A stretch of DNA of 64,000 bases from Clostridia bacterium (GTDB lineage Bacteria; Bacillota; Clostridia; Oscillospirales; CAG-272): positions 3,712 through 67,711 of the forward strand of contig JAFWBJ010000107.1 in the NCBI GenBank assembly GCA_017507145.1, in the 5' to 3' direction. This document shows positions 27,539 through 36,026 of the stretch, in pieces; within the stretch, counting starts at the first letter, position 1, and every line of letters starts with the position of its first letter. The notes beneath the pieces are model-generated. The model was not told the origin of the DNA. It worked only from the letters and a program-made list of their open reading frames with translations, and did no database searches. The translations under genes and the position numbers were made by a program.

Positions 27539-29047
27539 TTAGTCGAAAATTTTCTGCAGGTTCTTGAGTTTGGTGGTCATCAGCCTCGAGCGGACGGCAG
27601 CGATGGCAGCCCAGGTGGTCTGATTCTGCGCAATCGCGGTACGGAAATCGGACTGCGGGATGAGCGAATTGGAGAAGATACGGCCGATATCGAAGGTGAC
27701 ATTCTCGCGGATGAGGTCGTACATCTCGGCCGAGACCGGATCGTCGGCATACTTGACCTTGAGCGTGATCTCAAAGAGTGCAGGGGTGACCTGGCGATAG
27801 CCCTCGGAAGCGAAGCACTCAAGGACGGCGGCCATCATCTCGGGATTGCGGCAGTCGGAGGGCAGTGCGTAGAGGGTGAAGGGGTTGCCCATGAGGGTGA
27901 TGTAGGAATCCTGGTTCTCGGTGTACTTAGGTACGGGAACAATGCCGTACTGTACGTCGGTGTTGGCAAAGGTGCGGATCGAGCAGCGTGCGCGGTCGAT
28001 GCAGAAGAGGATGCGCTTTTCGGCAAATGCATTCTGGTGAAGCACCGACTCGGTGTAAATGCTGTCCTCGGTGGTCCAGAGTTTGCTGTTGAGGAAGCTG
28101 ATGATGTCAACAACCTTTTCACTGCCGAAGGAGGGGGAAGGAATCAGCATGCCGTCTGCATCCTTCTCGACGAAGAGGTTGCCGGCACCGTAGAACCACG
28201 GTTCGGTATGAATACCGGAGGTCATGTAACCGAACTGGTCCTCACCGTCTTTCTGGGAGTTGCCGTTGAGGTCGCTGTAAACACCCTCGCACAGCTGGAA
28301 GAATTTCTCATAGGTCCACTGGTTGTTCTGCACCAGTTCCTGCGGGTTGGGCAGGTCATACTTGGCAAGCAGTTCCTTGTTGAAGAAGCAGGTGTACATC
28401 ATATACAGGGTGTTGGCCGAGATGTCACCCGATGCAAAATAAAGCTTGTCGTTGACGGTTGCCTCGGTGAGCAGACGCTCAGGCCACCAGGGCTGATCGA
28501 AATTGAGGTAGGGCAGATCGTAGAGGTTGTACAGCAGGCCCTGCGTTGCGCAGGCCGCGGTGCTCAGCGAGTAGGAAGCGATGATGTCATATTCATTTGC
28601 GCCCGCCTGGATGGCGATGTTGACGGCGCGGGCAAATTCGGATACGTTTTCACCGTTGCCGGGGATGCCATGGAAGGACATATCGATGTTCAGACGGTCC
28701 TCAACTTTGAGGTTGCGATTAAAGATGGCATCATTAACGGTTTCGCCGGTCTGGTTTTCCACCTGGAACTCCTCGTGCTCGACGTCGGACCAGGTCAGAA
28801 AGCTGATCGGCTCAGGCTTGCCGTCGGAACCAAACTTAAGGTCGCGCGGGAGATCATCCTCCAGATATCCGTTTTCATCCAGACCGTCATCGGTCGTTTC
28901 GGGTGCGGCGGTGGTGGTGTCGGCCGCGAGAGGAGCAGTGGTCGTGGGCGTGAAATCGGGCTGGTCCTTGGCGCAGGCCAGTACACCGATGGGGAGCATT
29001 GTGCAGAGCAGAATTGCGCAAAGAATACGGGTCGAGATGGTTCTCAT
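27539..29047 (-). CDS. ABC transporter extracellular solute-binding lipoprotein (family 1, sugar-type)
   Basis: Lipobox GVLACAK, a Thr/Ala-rich linker, and a large SBP_bac_1-like body. No adjacent permease genes. Confidence 0.75.
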   Translation of the reverse strand: MRTISTRILCAILLCTMLPIGVLACAKDQPDFTPTTTAPLAADTTTAAPETTDDGLDENGYLEDDLPRDLKFGSDGKPEPISFLTWSDVEHEEFQVENQTGETVNDAIFNRNLKVEDRLNIDMSFHGIPGNGENVSEFARAVNIAIQAGANEYDIIASYSLSTAACATQGLLYNLYDLPYLNFDQPWWPERLLTEATVNDKLYFASGDISANTLYMMYTCFFNKELLAKYDLPNPQELVQNNQWTYEKFFQLCEGVYSDLNGNSQKDGEDQFGYMTSGIHTEPWFYGAGNLFVEKDADGMLIPSPSFGSEKVVDIISFLNSKLWTTEDSIYTESVLHQNAFAEKRILFCIDRARCSIRTFANTDVQYGIVPVPKYTENQDSYITLMGNPFTLYALPSDCRNPEMMAAVLECFASEGYRQVTPALFEITLKVKYADDPVSAEMYDLIRENVTFDIGRIFSNSLIPQSDFRTAIAQNQTTWAAIAAVRSRLMTTKLKNLQKIFD

Positions 29048-29111
29048 GATGCGATTCCTTTCTGTGAATCAATTTGCAAAAAATACGGCAGAAGTCTGCC
29101 CGAGTCCAAAC

Positions 29112-29140
29112 ATTATAACATTATCTTGTCGTTTTGTCAA
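29112..29140 (-). promoter_or_regulatory. sigma-A-type promoter for the sugar SBP gene
   Basis: On the minus strand: TTGACA, 17 nt, TATAAT. Confidence 0.6.
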
Positions 29141-29240
29141 GCGAAAAGCCGAGTGGATTGCCGCCGCAGAGCCATCTTTGCGCAGAATCAGACAGATGCA
29201 CAAATCCGCATCGGCATTTTTGGCATATTTGCCGAAGGGT

Positions 29241-29269
29241 TTGACAAACCGTGCGAAATCGTGTATAAT
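29241..29269 (+). promoter_or_regulatory. sigma-A-type promoter for birA
   Basis: TTGACA, 17 nt (ending GTG), TATAAT. Confidence 0.6.
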
Positions 29270-29304
29270 GGTCGCATCAAGAACCGGAAGGGGGAAGGAT
29301 ACAG

Positions 29305-30051
29305 ATGAAGATGACCGGCGCCGATTTGCCCTGGCGGATAACCCATTATGCCAGCGTTGATTCGACCAATACCATGCTCAAGGCAATGGCCGCAGACGGC
29401 GAGCCGGAGGGCAGGGTACTGATCGCCGACCGACAGACCGCCGGTCGCGGGCGAATGACACGCAGCTTTTTCACGCCGCCCGGATGCGGCTTGTATATGA
29501 GCATCCTTTTCCGTCCCGATCTGCCCGCTGCCGATGCGCTGATGCTGACCCCGGCCGCCGCCGTCGCCGTGGCCGATGCGGTGGAGTCTGTGCTGGGCAT
29601 TGAGCTTGGCATCAAGTGGGTCAACGACCTCTTCTGTGACGGCCGCAAGGTCTGCGGGATCCTGACCGAATCGGCGTTTTCCGCCGATGGCAGACTTACT
29701 TATGCCGTGGTGGGCATCGGCCTCAACGTCCGCGCGCCGGCTGACGGTTTTCCGGCAGAACTGTCGAGTATCGCCGGAGCCCTTCTCCCCGCCGATGCTC
29801 CCGATTGCCGCCCGCAGCTGGCAACCGAAATTCTGCGGCGCTGTGCCGCATTTGTCTCGGCTCTGCCGCAAGTGCCATTTTTGCCTGCCTATCGCAGCCG
29901 CTCGGTGCTCGTTGACCGCGAGGTTTTGCTCAATCCCGGCGGCGATCGGGTCAAGGTGCTGGGCATCGATGATGCCTGCCGCCTGGTCGTACAGGATGGG
30001 GATGGGGTAAGCCGCGCCCTCTCCAGCGGAGAATGTAGTGTAGTGCTTTAA
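29305..30051 (+). CDS. birA: biotin--[acetyl-CoA-carboxylase] ligase (group I, no HTH domain)
   Basis: QTAGRGRMTRSF, KWVNDL, and GIGLNV motifs. At 248 aa there is no N-terminal DNA-binding domain. Confidence 0.85.
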   Translation: MKMTGADLPWRITHYASVDSTNTMLKAMAADGEPEGRVLIADRQTAGRGRMTRSFFTPPGCGLYMSILFRPDLPAADALMLTPAAAVAVADAVESVLGIELGIKWVNDLFCDGRKVCGILTESAFSADGRLTYAVVGIGLNVRAPADGFPAELSSIAGALLPADAPDCRPQLATEILRRCAAFVSALPQVPFLPAYRSRSVLVDREVLLNPGGDRVKVLGIDDACRLVVQDGDGVSRALSSGECSVVL

Positions 30052-30209
30052 GCACCTGCGCGTGTGACGCCGCATGTGATATATCTTTGCCAAACTGTAA
30101 ATTTTGCCGTGCTTTGCTTGCATTTCCGGAAGAAATCCAGTATAATACGAGCAGAGCAGTGGAGACATTCCATCTGCGGCTCTGCTTTTTCGGAAGGAGT
30201 CATTCTTCA

Positions 30210-30806
30210 ATGAAACACACATGGAAAGCCTTTTGGAAAGGGTATTCTTATAACATCGTCAAGATGTTCATCAATCAGTTTGCCATTGCCATCTTCGGCC
30301 TGACGCTGGCCTTGGCCACCGGCAAGAGCGGCAATGACAAGCTTGAGCTGATTTGCAGCATCTTTTCAGTGCTGTTCTACCTTTTCCTGATCTACACGAT
30401 GATCTGGGAGGTCGGCGCCGCCGACGGCGTCCGTGTCGAGGCGGGACGTGCCAAGGCATCACCCTTGCGCGGCCTGTATATGGCGCTGTTTGCCAATATC
30501 CCGAATATCATTCTCGCCCTGCTGATCTGCATTTCGTTCCCCTTCGCTGCTGCGCAGGAATGGGCGGGCAACACCTGTGCCATCTCGAAATTTATTGCCT
30601 TACTGCTGGAGGGCATGTACACCGGCCTGCTTTCACTGGAGATCGGCGGTGTGCAGCTCAATCAAATGGCATGGCCCTTTGCGGTGATCGTGCTCCCCGC
30701 GCTCATCACCTCGACTCTCAGCTATTACTTCGGCATGCGGAATTTTCGCCTGCTCGGCCTCTTTGGCCTTGCCCCCTCTGCCGATACGGGGAAACCGAAG
30801 AAATAA
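30210..30806 (+). CDS. hypothetical polytopic membrane protein
   Basis: ATG 30210 lies 8 nt after GGAAGGAG. About 5 hydrophobic segments. I recognise no family, and it is not BioY-like. Confidence 0.55.
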   Translation: MKHTWKAFWKGYSYNIVKMFINQFAIAIFGLTLALATGKSGNDKLELICSIFSVLFYLFLIYTMIWEVGAADGVRVEAGRAKASPLRGLYMALFANIPNIILALLICISFPFAAAQEWAGNTCAISKFIALLLEGMYTGLLSLEIGGVQLNQMAWPFAVIVLPALITSTLSYYFGMRNFRLLGLFGLAPSADTGKPKK

Positions 30807-30971
30807 GCCAAATGAAAAAAGGGGTGTCGCGCTTATTTGCGCGACACCCCGTCGAGTTTGATTTGGCGGCGGAAACGCCGCCATTTGGGGCTTTTTAAGC
30901 CCCAAACCATCAAACATCGTTTCAAATTCCTTCGGAATTTCTGAAAACGCGGCTTTGTTGCCGCTTTTTCA

Positions 30972-31006
30972 GAGGGGCTGCCGCTAACGCGACAGCCCCT
31001 TTTTCT
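30972..31006 (+). terminator. intrinsic terminator closing the 30821-31005 hairpin cluster
   Basis: AGGGGCTG-12 nt-CAGCCCCT followed by TTTTCT. Confidence 0.65.
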
Positions 31007-31030
31007 GCGCTCGGCCCCGCTCGGCGCCAC

Positions 31031-31059
31031 TTGACAAATCTGCCGCTTTGCGGTATAAT
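31031..31059 (+). promoter_or_regulatory. sigma-A-type promoter for the Xer-type recombinase gene
   Basis: TTGACA, 17 nt, TATAAT. Confidence 0.6.
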
Positions 31060-31107
31060 CAAACCGTCAAGCGATACCCCATCAACGGATACGAAAGAGG
31101 TGAAATC

Positions 31108-32160
31108 ATGGCACAGATCATCGAACTGGCGCAAATGCCCCCCCTCGTGGTGGAATTTGCACGCTATAAGCAGGTCATTCAGGGATGCTCCCCCCGCACG
31201 GTCAATGAATACCTCTTTGATCTGCGCACCTTCTTCCGTTATCTCCGCGCAGCCGAGCTGGGTATCGATCCGGCTTCGGAAGACTTTCTTGCAATCGACA
31301 TCCGTGATTATTCGCTGGACGAGATCGCCGCCATTACCACCGAGCAGATCTACGCTTTTTTGATGTATACCTCCGACGTGCGGGCGAATCTGTGGGCAGC
31401 GAAGGCACGCAAGCTGTCGGCCCTCAAGGCCTTTTTCAAATATCTGACCACCAAGCGCGGCCTGCTGGAAAAGAATCCGGCCATCGATATTGAGTCTCCC
31501 AAGCCCAAGAAATCCCTGCCGAAGGTGATGTCGCTGGACGAAAGCCTGACCCTTCTGCAAACCATCGCCGCAGATACCGAATCCCCCACCCGCGTACGCG
31601 ACTACGCCATCGTCACCCTTTTCCTCAACTGCGGTATGCGTCTGTCCGAGCTGGTCGGCATTAACCTCAACGATGTTGACCGCGAACTGCGCTCGATGCG
31701 CGTACTGGGCAAGGGCGCCAAAGAGCGCATCATTTACCTCAACGATGCCTGCCGCGATGCCATCCTGGCCTACCTTCCCCTGCGCCTGCCGCCCGACTGC
31801 AAAGCCAAGCCTACCCCCGCGCTCTTCCTCTCAAGCCGCCATCAGCGCATCAGCGTCAAAACCGTGCAGTGGATGGTGCAGAAGTATCTGGCCATGGCCG
31901 GCCTTGAAAGCCGGCACTATTCGGTCCATAAGCTGCGCCACACCGCCGCGACGCTGATGTACCAATCGGGGCAGGTCGATGTGCGCGTGCTCAAGGACAT
32001 TCTCGGCCACGAGCAGCTCAACACCACCCAGATCTACACCCACATCAGCGATGCGCAGATGGAGGATGCCATGCGGCAGAACCCCCTGTCCTCGGTCAAA
32101 GCCAAGCCGCGCCAAAAGCCGCTTTCCCGTGACGAGGATGTCGAATCGGAAGAAAAATGA
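31108..32160 (+). CDS. tyrosine recombinase, XerC/XerD type
   Basis: N-terminal SAM-like domain (TVNEYLFDLRTFFRYL). Catalytic region RLSEL...HKLRHTAATLMY...LGHEQLNTTQIYTH. Consensus promoter upstream. Confidence 0.85.
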   Translation: MAQIIELAQMPPLVVEFARYKQVIQGCSPRTVNEYLFDLRTFFRYLRAAELGIDPASEDFLAIDIRDYSLDEIAAITTEQIYAFLMYTSDVRANLWAAKARKLSALKAFFKYLTTKRGLLEKNPAIDIESPKPKKSLPKVMSLDESLTLLQTIAADTESPTRVRDYAIVTLFLNCGMRLSELVGINLNDVDRELRSMRVLGKGAKERIIYLNDACRDAILAYLPLRLPPDCKAKPTPALFLSSRHQRISVKTVQWMVQKYLAMAGLESRHYSVHKLRHTAATLMYQSGQVDVRVLKDILGHEQLNTTQIYTHISDAQMEDAMRQNPLSSVKAKPRQKPLSRDEDVESEEK

Positions 32161-32241
32161 AAAAATTTGTGAATTCTCTTGCAATTATCGGCCAAGTCCT
32201 GTATAATATCTTATTGTAATGAAAAATTTTGGAGGTTAAAT

Positions 32242-32574
32242 ATGTCTCTCTTTGCCCTTACCGCGACCGGTTCTGCAGCCAATCAGGGCGGCGGCCTTAC
32301 GATGATCATTATGATTGTCGTCATGCTTGCCGTGATGTATTTCTTTATGATCCGTCCCCAGAAAAAGCAGGAGCGCGAGACCAATGAAATGCGCAATTCG
32401 CTGAAGGTCGGCGACGAGATCACCACCATCGGCGGCATCATCGGTGCTGTTGTTTCGATCCACGAGGATTCGCAGACGCTGGTCATTGAAACCACGCGCG
32501 ACCGCACCAAGATCCGCATCCACAAGTGGGCTGTCCGTCAGATCGACGTTCACGCCGACGACGCAGACAAATAA
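32242..32574 (+). CDS. yajC: preprotein translocase subunit YajC
   Basis: MIIMIVVMLAVMYFFMIRPQKKQ...LKVGDEITTIGGIIG. GGAGG RBS. Confidence 0.85.
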   Translation: MSLFALTATGSAANQGGGLTMIIMIVVMLAVMYFFMIRPQKKQERETNEMRNSLKVGDEITTIGGIIGAVVSIHEDSQTLVIETTRDRTKIRIHKWAVRQIDVHADDADK

Positions 32575-32638
32575 ACAGCGCATAAATCTCCCGCACGGTG
32601 CATAGCATGAAACAAGCACTGTGAAGGGAGATTTTGCC

Positions 32639-33094
32639 ATGTCGAAGAAAAAACACGCATCGGCCGCGCGCCGGCTTCCCGCCTCAGCCGATCCCGCCGG
32701 CGGATTTGTCCGCGCGATGATCTCAGCCGGGCAGGGGACGCTATGGGCCTGCCTGATTGGGGTAGTTCTGCTTTTTGCCGCCGCGGCCCTTGCCGGCGCA
32801 CAGGATGATCCGCAGCGTCTGGTCCGGCCGCTCGGTTATGCGGTCAGCGGCGTTGTGGCTATGCTGGCCGGGGGAATTGCGGTTCGGCGCAATGGCAGGG
32901 CCGCACTGCTTTGCGGCGTGCTGACCTCGGCCTGTGTGTTGCTTTTGTTTTTTATTTTATCGCTTATTCCCGCCCCCGCGGGGAGCGAATCGCTTCCCGT
33001 ATGGCTTTCCCTGCTTTTGCACAGCGCAGTGCCTCCACTCTCGGTATGCGGTGCCTTTCTTGGCCGAAAACGAGGGAAACACAAGCCGCGCTGA
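32639..33094 (+). CDS. hypothetical membrane protein (4 TM)
   Basis: ATG 32639 follows GAAGGGAG. Hydrophobic Ala/Leu-rich segments. No family recognised with confidence. Confidence 0.5.
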   Translation: MSKKKHASAARRLPASADPAGGFVRAMISAGQGTLWACLIGVVLLFAAAALAGAQDDPQRLVRPLGYAVSGVVAMLAGGIAVRRNGRAALLCGVLTSACVLLLFFILSLIPAPAGSESLPVWLSLLLHSAVPPLSVCGAFLGRKRGKHKPR

Positions 33095-33124
33095 GCCGCG
33101 CAGGGCATCGATCAGGAGGTTTAT

Positions 33125-34156
33125 ATGCACACCGACCGACTTGCCCAACTCCCCGCCGCCCTTTTGCCGTGGTATGCCGCATCGGCCCGCGACCTGCCCT
33201 GGCGCGCTGACCGTGAGCCGTACCATGTCTGGCTGTCCGAGATTATGCTCCAGCAGACCCGGGTTGAGGCAGTGCGGGGCTATTATGCCCGCTTTCTCGC
33301 CGCCTTGCCCGACATCGCCGCCCTTGCGGCCGCCCCCGAGGAGCAGGTGCTCAAGCTCTGGGAGGGCCTTGGCTATTACAGCCGTGCGCGCCAGCTCTGC
33401 CGTGCCGCCCGTGAGATCATGACCCGTCACGGCGGGCAGTTTCCCCGCACCTTTGCGGAGATCCGTGCGCTGCCCGGTATCGGCGACTACACCGCCGGGG
33501 CGATCGCTTCGATCTGCTTCGGCATGCCGACCCCCGCGGTTGACGGCAATGTCCTTCGGGTCATCAGCCGCATTTGCGCCGAGGAGTCCTGCATCGACCT
33601 GCCTGCCACCAAAGCGGCTTACCGCGATGGATTGGCCGCCGTCTACCCGGTGGGGCAGTGCGGCGAGTTTACGCAGGCGCTGATGGAGCTCGGTGCGACC
33701 GTCTGCATCCCGCGCGGTGAACCGCGCTGTGCCGAATGTCCCTGCGCTGCCTTTTGTGCTGCGAAGCAGAAGGGCAACCCCGAGGCCTATCCGGTTCGCG
33801 CCGCCAAGCGCGCCCGGCGCATCGAGGAGCGCACGGTCTTCCTTCTGCGCTGCGGCGGACGCCTGGCCATCCTGCGCCGCCCGCCGACGGGACTGCTCGC
33901 CGGCCTGTGGGAGCTGCCCAACCAGTTGGCCGTTTTGTCGGCAGAAGAGGCCTTTGCCCAGGCAGAGGAGTGGGGCTGTGCGCCCATGTCGGTCGGTGCA
34001 CCGATCGAAAAAACACACATTTTTACGCATGTCGAGTGGCGAATGCGCGCCTATCCCATCGAATGTGCGGCCGATATCCCGCCCTTCGTTTGGGCCGGCG
34101 AAGCGGAGCTGGACGAGGATTACGCTCTGCCCAGCGCCTTCCGACTGTTTGTATGA
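33125..34156 (+). CDS. mutY: A/G-specific adenine DNA glycosylase
   Basis: PYHVWLSEIMLQQTRV, HhH LPGIGDYTAGAI, the Fe-S cluster cysteines CIPRGEPRCAECPCAAFC, and a NUDIX-like C-terminal domain. Confidence 0.9.
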   Translation: MHTDRLAQLPAALLPWYAASARDLPWRADREPYHVWLSEIMLQQTRVEAVRGYYARFLAALPDIAALAAAPEEQVLKLWEGLGYYSRARQLCRAAREIMTRHGGQFPRTFAEIRALPGIGDYTAGAIASICFGMPTPAVDGNVLRVISRICAEESCIDLPATKAAYRDGLAAVYPVGQCGEFTQALMELGATVCIPRGEPRCAECPCAAFCAAKQKGNPEAYPVRAAKRARRIEERTVFLLRCGGRLAILRRPPTGLLAGLWELPNQLAVLSAEEAFAQAEEWGCAPMSVGAPIEKTHIFTHVEWRMRAYPIECAADIPPFVWAGEAELDEDYALPSAFRLFV

Positions 34157-34201
34157 AAAAAGGGAACGATCAGCTGATCGTTCCCTCGTTTTTTTGTGGG
34201 G

Positions 34202-35827
34202 CTATTTGTTGAAATACATCTCAACGCCGCTCTCCCAGAGCGGGTAGGGGGATACCGGCACATCGTAGACCGTCATACCGAGGTGAGTTCCGCTGAAGGC
34301 GGTAAAGCCGGTCGAGCCGGTTTTGCCGACGGCCTGTCCGGTGGTGACGGTGTCACCGACGCTGACGCTGATCTCGCTCAGATGCGCGTACCAGCTCTTG
34401 AGGCCGTAGCCGTGCTCAACGACAACCATTTTGCCGGAAAGGTCGGTCGTGCCGGTGTAGATGACACGGCCGTTGTTGACGGCGGGGACATCGGTGCCAG
34501 CGTGCGTGTAGAAGTCAACGCCGGCGTGGCGATAGGTCTGCTTGGTGGCGAGAATGGTGCGGAAACGGCCGATACCGGTTACGATGGTCCACTTCAGATC
34601 GGTATCGTAGTCGATAAATCTGCCTTCGAAATAACGGGTCGAGTCTGCCGTTTTGCAGAGCTCGGCGGCCAGCTTGTCAAAGGTGTTGAGTGCATTCTCA
34701 TTGCGGTGCGCGGTGACCAGGGTGGCCGAGATGTCATAGTTGTGCGTACCGAAGGTTTTTTCCTTGACGCTGAGATTGATGGTCTGCTTGGTGATGCCGT
34801 AGGAGACGGTGAAGGTATAGGACGGGCTGTAATCGAGATCGTAGGAGATCGGGATCAGCGCGTGGACGTACTTGCCGTCTGCGAAGAAGGTGGGCGTGTA
34901 GTTGATGGAGGGCTCGCTGGAGAAGCTGATCTTGCTGATATCAGCCACGTTGATGCCGCTGAGCACGACAAACTCACCCGGCTCGATCGGACCGCTGGTG
35001 CCGAGATAGAACTCAGCGGGCGCCACCACATCGGCCTCAAAGCGATAGCTTGCATTGCCGTGGTAATTGCGGGTGCTGTCCTCGTACCAGTTGGCGTTCA
35101 GCTCAAAGGTGAATTTCTTGGACTCCCTGATATCAATGGCCGAGAGCTGGTCATAGCTGCCGTCAAAGATCATGGTAGCGCCGTCGTAGACCTTAACAGC
35201 AACCGAATCGGGGGGAATGGTGAAATCAAAGGAGATACCGCCGTCCATGGTGTAGGCGCTGACACCCGAAACGGTGTCCAGCCCGCCGCGGTTGATGAAG
35301 CTGCCGTTGGCGGCGCGGTAATTCCAGGCAATCGACGCAGGCATGATGGCCTCGCCGCTCATCGTGCGCAGAACGGGGGCAACAGATTCGGCATAAAGCG
35401 CGAGTGCATAGGGCGTAGAAACGAACTTGGCCGCCTGCTCCGAGCGAATCTGGTGAACCGCACCGAGCTCGTCCACATAATAGCACTGCTCGGCATCGGC
35501 AGAGAAATAGTATTTGTAATCAACCGTTTTTTTGCCGGTGTGGAAGGTAACCTTGTAGAAGTTGTGACCGACCAGCTGAGCGGGAAGCTCACTGCGCGGG
35601 ACAGAATTCTCATTCATCTCGCTGAAGAGTGCCACGATGTCGTTGCCGTCCTCGGAAGCGGCAATTTTGAACACAGAGCCCTGCGGATCGGCAATTTCCA
35701 TGCGATCGATGCCCTTGGCACTGACCGGCGCATCGCGGTTGATGGCATAGCTGGCGATGGCCAGATAAGTCGGCAAGAACAGTGCGACAACGCAGAGAAT
35801 GGATATAATCAACTTTTTCACGTTCAT
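34202..35827 (-). CDS. M23-family metallopeptidase with long N-terminal domain
   Basis: N-terminal anchor (ATG 35827, AAAGGAG RBS). The C-terminal HAGVDFYTHAGTDVPAVNNGRVIY...VVVEHGYGLKSWYAHL...SGTHLG is the LytM/M23 domain. Confidence 0.8.
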   Translation of the reverse strand: MNVKKLIISILCVVALFLPTYLAIASYAINRDAPVSAKGIDRMEIADPQGSVFKIAASEDGNDIVALFSEMNENSVPRSELPAQLVGHNFYKVTFHTGKKTVDYKYYFSADAEQCYYVDELGAVHQIRSEQAAKFVSTPYALALYAESVAPVLRTMSGEAIMPASIAWNYRAANGSFINRGGLDTVSGVSAYTMDGGISFDFTIPPDSVAVKVYDGATMIFDGSYDQLSAIDIRESKKFTFELNANWYEDSTRNYHGNASYRFEADVVAPAEFYLGTSGPIEPGEFVVLSGINVADISKISFSSEPSINYTPTFFADGKYVHALIPISYDLDYSPSYTFTVSYGITKQTINLSVKEKTFGTHNYDISATLVTAHRNENALNTFDKLAAELCKTADSTRYFEGRFIDYDTDLKWTIVTGIGRFRTILATKQTYRHAGVDFYTHAGTDVPAVNNGRVIYTGTTDLSGKMVVVEHGYGLKSWYAHLSEISVSVGDTVTTGQAVGKTGSTGFTAFSGTHLGMTVYDVPVSPYPLWESGVEMYFNK

Positions 35828-35875
35828 CGGCAAACTCCTTTGTTCGAAAAAGGTGGATGTAACTATACATCCTAT

Positions 35876-35904
35876 ATTATACACCATTTTTCTCCGCGGG
35901 TCAA
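35876..35904 (-). promoter_or_regulatory. sigma-A-type promoter for the M23 peptidase gene
   Basis: On the minus strand: TTGACC, 17 nt (ending GTG), TATAAT, followed by the GGATGTA-tagt-TACATCC hairpin at the mRNA 5' end. Confidence 0.55.
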
Positions 35905-35984
35905 GCATTATTTTGCCGGATTAACGATTAGTTTCGCGAAGTTTGCCATGTATTCCTGCGCCGCAGAAGTGCGCAGAATATGAC

Positions 35985-36019
35985 AAAAATGCCTCTGCGC
36001 AGAAATTCTGCGCAGAGGC
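35985..36019 (-). terminator. intrinsic terminator after the DUF1015 gene
   Basis: GCCTCTGCGCAG-aattt-CTGCGCAGAGGC followed by ATTTTTGT on the minus strand. Confidence 0.8.
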
Positions 36020-36026
36020 GGCTTGT

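Noticed and set aside
27464-29308. 614-aa plus-strand ORF.
   Set aside because: It is antisense to the lipoprotein SBP gene, has no RBS or motif, and is a shadow ORF. The same reasoning applies to 34196-35983(+), 35943-37304(+), 25893-27227(+), 19755-21728(-), 43371-45020(-), 37811-39568(-), 5129-6367(-), 9691-10782(-), 32957-34030(-), 59697-61037(-) and 6288-7388(-).
31108-32160. Tyrosine recombinase as a possible marker of an integrated mobile element.
   Set aside because: No flanking phage, ICE or transposon genes and no att-like repeats. It sits next to yajC with a housekeeping-style promoter, so it is most simply the chromosomal XerC/XerD-type dimer-resolution recombinase.
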